NCBI GenBank assembly: GCA_041916535.1
Contig: JAYRZG010000007.1
Coordinates: 41,216-105,215, forward strand
From: Fuscovulum sp.
Lineage (GTDB): Bacteria > Pseudomonadota > Alphaproteobacteria > Rhodobacterales > Rhodobacteraceae
Length of the DNA: 64,000 nucleotides
Reading direction: 5' to 3'
Shown here: piece after piece, positions 60,463-64,000 of the stretch
How positions within the stretch are numbered: position 1 is the first letter of the stretch
Layout: each line of letters begins with the position of its first letter
The notes under the pieces: generated by a model
The model's input: the letters and a program-made list of their open reading frames with translations, nothing else
Database searches by the model: none
Told to the model about the DNA's origin: nothing
Translations under genes and position numbers: made by a program

Positions 60463-62106
60463 ATGACCGACACCCCCGCCCGCCACAAGGATCGGCTCGA
60501 GTTTCTGCCCAAGATCGTGACGGTCTGGCGCGAGGGCTATGACATGGCGGCCCTGCGGGCCGATCTTCTGGCCGGGCTGACCGTGGCCATCGTGGCGCTG
60601 CCCCTGTCGATGGCGATCGCGATTGCCAGCGGGGTCGGGCCGGAGCGCGGGCTGTACACGGCGATCGTCGGCGGGTTCCTGGTCTCGGCCCTGGGCGGCA
60701 GCCGGTTCCAGATCGGCGGACCTGCGGGGGCCTTCATCGTGCTGGTTGCGGCCTGCGTGATGCAGACGGGAGTCGACGGGCTGATCACGGCGACCTTCCT
60801 GTCGGGCTTTCTGCTGATCATCGCGGGCGGGCTGCGGCTGGGAACCTATATCCGCTATATCCCCTATCCGGTGACGGTGGCCTTTACCGCCGGGATCGGG
60901 GTGATCATCTTTGCCAGCCAGATCAAGGAACTGTTCGGCCTGACCCTGCCGGCGGCCGAACCTGGCGAGATCATCGCCAAGGTCGGGGCGCTGTGGGCCG
61001 CGCGCGCGACAGTGACCTGGGCCGCCGTCGCGGTGGCGGCGCTGGCGGTGGTCGTGATCCTGGGGCTGCGGCGGTTTGCGCCGAAAGCGCCGGGGATGCT
61101 GATCGCCGTTGTCCTGTGTTCGGTGCTGGCGGCCGCGCTGCATTTGCCGGTCGCCACCATCGGCAGCCGGTTCGGCGCGCTGCCCAACCTGCCGCCGCTG
61201 CCCGCCCTGCCGCCGTTGGACCGGGACCATCTGGTCGCCGCGATGCCCTTCGCCCTGTCCTTTGCCCTGCTCGGTGCGATTGAATCGCTCTTGTCCGCCG
61301 TGGTCGCGGACGGGATGAGCGGGGCGCGCCATCGCTCGAACGCCGAACTGGTGGGGCAGGGCGTGGCGAATATCGGCTCCGCGCTGTTCGGGGGCTTCTG
61401 CGTCACCGGCACCATCGCCCGCACCGCGACCAATGTGCGGGCGGGCAGCCGCGGGCCGGTCTCGGGGATGCTTCATGCCCTGTTCCTGCTGGTCTTCCTG
61501 ATGGTGGCGGCACCCCTGGCCGCCTATGTGCCGCTGGCCGCGCTGGCGGGGGTGCTGGCTGTGGTCAGCTGGGGCATGATCGAGAAGGCCGAGTTGGTGG
61601 CGCTGCTGCGCTCGTCCTGGGGTGATATGCTGATCGTGGCGACGACCTTCCTTCTGGTCGTCTTCCGCGATCTGACCGAGGGGATCGTCATCGGCTTCGC
61701 TCTGGCGGGGCTGGTCTTCATCAAGCGCATGTCGGATGCGACGGTCTTGGATGCGCCGGACGCGATGCCCGAAGCGATGGCGGCCGGGCACAAGGGCGAT
61801 GTTATGGTCTACCGCCTGCACGGGCCGTTCTTCTTTGGCTCGGCGGCGCAGGTGGGGGCGGTCCTGGACCGCATCGCCGACCGTCCCGCCGAATTCGTGG
61901 TCGACTTTACCGATGTGCCGCTGATCGACAGTTCCGGCGCGCGCAGTTTCGCGCTGCTGGCGCGGCGGATCGGGCGCAAGGGCGGCAGGCTGGTGATTGC
62001 CGGGGCGCGGCCCGAAGTGCGGCGCGTCCTGCTGGCGCAGGAGGGGCTGCACCCGCCAGAAGTGCACTATCTGGCGGCGCTGTCGGATCTGCACGCCGCC
62101 GCCTGA
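60463..62106 (+). CDS. SulP family inorganic anion transporter with C-terminal STAS domain
   Basis: It has the N-terminal SulP block (DLLAGLTVAIVALPLSMAIAIASG), many TM helices and a C-terminal STAS domain (VMVYRLHGPFFFGSA...IDSSGA). ATG 60463 was preferred over TTG 60448. Confidence 0.9.
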   Translation: MTDTPARHKDRLEFLPKIVTVWREGYDMAALRADLLAGLTVAIVALPLSMAIAIASGVGPERGLYTAIVGGFLVSALGGSRFQIGGPAGAFIVLVAACVMQTGVDGLITATFLSGFLLIIAGGLRLGTYIRYIPYPVTVAFTAGIGVIIFASQIKELFGLTLPAAEPGEIIAKVGALWAARATVTWAAVAVAALAVVVILGLRRFAPKAPGMLIAVVLCSVLAAALHLPVATIGSRFGALPNLPPLPALPPLDRDHLVAAMPFALSFALLGAIESLLSAVVADGMSGARHRSNAELVGQGVANIGSALFGGFCVTGTIARTATNVRAGSRGPVSGMLHALFLLVFLMVAAPLAAYVPLAALAGVLAVVSWGMIEKAELVALLRSSWGDMLIVATTFLLVVFRDLTEGIVIGFALAGLVFIKRMSDATVLDAPDAMPEAMAAGHKGDVMVYRLHGPFFFGSAAQVGAVLDRIADRPAEFVVDFTDVPLIDSSGARSFALLARRIGRKGGRLVIAGARPEVRRVLLAQEGLHPPEVHYLAALSDLHAAA

Positions 62107-62314
62107 GGGGCGAATCAACCGGGGCTTGCGGGGCGGGTGCTTGACCCTGCGACAGCACGCCCCAGGGCATAATCCTGCAAATCTGCCGCAACTTTTCCGA
62201 AGCCTCGCGGCTTTGTGAAGCCGCAGGTTGTTGAAAATCCATGTCAAACCCGCAGCGCTTTTCAGGCGTTTTTCTGCATTAACATATTTCCAGTGAAGAA
62301 ATTTACATAATTAT

Positions 62315-62341
62315 GTTTGCGTTAAAAGGGGTTACGCAAAC
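62315..62341. promoter_or_regulatory. Inverted repeat in the AT-rich acs upstream region
   Basis: GTTTGCGT-N11-ACGCAAAC is embedded in an unusually AT-rich stretch (62270-62345), about 110 nt upstream of the acs ATG. Confidence 0.35.
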
Positions 62342-62449
62342 TTTGACGACGCGCTACTGTTGCTGCGGGAAAAGTCTTTGGGTCATTGCCTGAAGGTGAA
62401 GGCTGCCTGCCGGAGGCGCGGCGCGCAGCGGATATGAGGGGAGGACGCC

Positions 62450-64000
62450 ATGAAGGATCATCCTGCCGTGGACGGCATCTATCCGGCTTCGGAAGAGTTC
62501 ACCGCCAAGGCGCATGTCGACGCCGCGAAATACGAAGACATGTATCGGGCCTCGGTGACCGACCCGAATGCCTTCTGGGCCAAGGAAGGCCAGCGTATCG
62601 ACTGGATCCGGCCCTTCACCAAGGTCAAGAACACCTCGTTCGACTATGGCAAGGTCGACATCAAGTGGTTCGAGGATGGCACGCTGAACGTCAGCGCCAA
62701 TTGCATCGACCGCCACATGACCCAGCGCGCCGAGCAGACCGCGATCATCTGGGAGCCCGATGATCCCAAGACCCCGGCCCGCCACATCACCTATCGCGAG
62801 CTGCTGGAACAGACCTCGCGTCTGGCCAATGTGCTCAAGGCGCATGGCGTCAAGAAGGGTGACCGGGTTGTCCTTTATCTGCCGATGATCCCTGAGGCGG
62901 CCTATGCGATGCTGGCCTGCGCCCGGATCGGCGCCATCCATTCCATCGTCTTCGCCGGCTTCTCGCCCGATGCGCTGGCGAACCGGATCAACGATTCCGA
63001 AGCCAGGATCCTGATCACCGCCGATTACGCCCCGCGCGGTGGCAAGAAGACCCCGCTCAAGGACAATGCCGACAAGGCGCTGCTGCATTGCTCGGACAAG
63101 GTGAAATGCCTGATGGTGCGCCATACCGGCGACGAGGCGCATCTGGTGCATGGCCGCGACTTCGACCTGACCGCCGAGATGGCGGCGGCCAAATCCTATT
63201 GCGCCTATGCCGAGATGGGGGCGGAAGACCCGCTGTTCATCCTGTACACCTCGGGCTCGACCGGCAAGCCGAAGGGCGTGGTGCATACGACCGGGGGCTA
63301 TCTGGTCTATGCCTCGCTGACCCATCAGCTGACCTTCGACTATCATGACGGCGATGTCTTCTGGTGCACGGCCGATGTGGGCTGGGTCACCGGCCACAGC
63401 TACATCATCTACGGACCCCTTGCGAATGGCGCGACGACGCTGATGTTCGAGGGCGTGCCGACCTTCCCCGATGCGGGCCGCTTCTGGGAGGTCTGCGCCA
63501 AGCACAAGGTCAACCAGTTCTACACCGCGCCGACCGCGATCCGCAGCCTGATGGGCCTGGGGCCGGAATGGGTGGAAAAGCACGACCTGTCGTCGCTCAA
63601 GCTGCTGGGCTCGGTGGGCGAGCCGATCAATCCCGAGGCCTGGAACTGGTACAACACCCATGTCGGCAAGGGGAAATGCCCGATCGTCGACACGTTCTGG
63701 CAGACCGAGACCGGCGGCCATATGCTGACGCCCCTGCCGGGCGCGATCCCGGCCAAGCCGGGCAGCGCGACCAAGCCCTTCTTCGGGGTGAAGCCGGTGG
63801 TTCTGGATGCCAGCACCGCAAAGGTGATGGAGGAGACCGAGACCGAGGGTGTCCTGTGCATCGCCGACAGCTGGCCGGGCCAGATGCGCACGCTCTGGGG
63901 CGACCATGAGCGCTTCCAGGAAGCCTATTTCGCCCAGTACCGCGGCTATTACTTCACCGGCGACGGCTGCCGCCGCGATGCCGATGGCTATTACTGGATC
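62450..64000 (+). CDS. acs: Acetyl-CoA synthetase (AMP-forming), 5' partial; continues beyond the window
   Basis: Hand translation from ATG 62450 (after GAGGGGAGGA) gives [47 protein letters not shown]...[17 protein letters not shown] and later the AMP-binding motif [12 protein letters not shown]. The ORF is open to position 64000, so it is missing from the ORF track. Confidence 0.93.
   Translation, partial: MKDHPAVDGIYPASEEFTAKAHVDAAKYEDMYRASVTDPNAFWAKEGQRIDWIRPFTKVKNTSFDYGKVDIKWFEDGTLNVSANCIDRHMTQRAEQTAIIWEPDDPKTPARHITYRELLEQTSRLANVLKAHGVKKGDRVVLYLPMIPEAAYAMLACARIGAIHSIVFAGFSPDALANRINDSEARILITADYAPRGGKKTPLKDNADKALLHCSDKVKCLMVRHTGDEAHLVHGRDFDLTAEMAAAKSYCAYAEMGAEDPLFILYTSGSTGKPKGVVHTTGGYLVYASLTHQLTFDYHDGDVFWCTADVGWVTGHSYIIYGPLANGATTLMFEGVPTFPDAGRFWEVCAKHKVNQFYTAPTAIRSLMGLGPEWVEKHDLSSLKLLGSVGEPINPEAWNWYNTHVGKGKCPIVDTFWQTETGGHMLTPLPGAIPAKPGSATKPFFGVKPVVLDASTAKVMEETETEGVLCIADSWPGQMRTLWGDHERFQEAYFAQYRGYYFTGDGCRRDADGYYWI

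Noticed and set aside
62354-63907. 517-aa minus-strand ORF, the only long ORF the track reports at the right end of the window
   Set aside because: Hand translation of the plus strand from ATG 62450 gives an unmistakable acetyl-CoA synthetase (including [12 protein letters not shown]). It runs off the window end, which explains its absence from the track. The minus-strand ORF is its shadow.
1-64000. Scan for CRISPR arrays, rRNA and tRNA genes
   Set aside because: No regularly spaced direct repeats with unique spacers were found. By-eye motif scanning of the intergenic regions showed no tRNA-like T-arm/acceptor signatures (GGTTCGAATCC-type). All intergenic gaps are short (under about 350 bp) and are accounted for by hairpins or repeats. 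A tRNAscan/Infernal run would be the decisive check.

Overview
This is a high-GC (about two-thirds G+C by eye) alphaproteobacterial chromosome segment. Gene content such as class I LysRS, CspA, EttA and a cdhR-type carnitine locus points to Rhodobacterales (Rhodobacter/Paracoccus-like), but that placement is inference only. About 60 protein genes are densely packed. I found no rRNA or CRISPR array, and a by-eye motif scan found no tRNA.

Gene content, in order:
- Housekeeping block: trpS, murJ, glnD, lpoA-like/rsmI/yraN, gshB, comM-like, cobU/cobC-like, coaBC-dut-moeB-like.
- Amino-acid ABC parts and an M3 peptidase (dcp-like).
- A large quaternary-amine catabolic locus: cdhR-like regulator, BKACE, a carnitine dehydrogenase-thioesterase fusion, SDR, acyl-CoA dehydrogenase, ADP-forming CoA ligase, enoyl-CoA hydratase, DUF1810, GMC oxidoreductase and choline sulfatase.
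- A CocE/NonD hydrolase with a peptide-type ABC importer.
- cspA with two tiny membrane ORFs, then ettA, nadD, dacB, class I lysK, a large beta-helix protein, a SulP transporter and the 5' part of acs. The acs ORF runs off the window and is absent from the ORF track.

Most notable observations:
1. A low-GC two-gene insertion (52.2-54.2 kb) encodes a C5 cytosine methyltransferase translationally coupled to a GIY-YIG-type nuclease, a rare restriction endonuclease fold.
2. A second low-GC islet (47.0-47.7 kb) carries two coupled small orphan genes.
3. A roughly 50-nt hairpin-plus-TATTTTTGAACAGAAGAA repeat family occurs in at least four copies. Two form an inverted pair around a structured 126-bp core, and one lies in frame inside the CocE/NonD coding sequence.
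4. A rhomboid-like membrane protein appears to have lost its catalytic residues.
5. An orphan 762-aa tailspike-like beta-helix protein has no visible signal peptide.

Many long ORFs in the track are antisense or shadow frames typical of high-GC DNA, and I rejected them.
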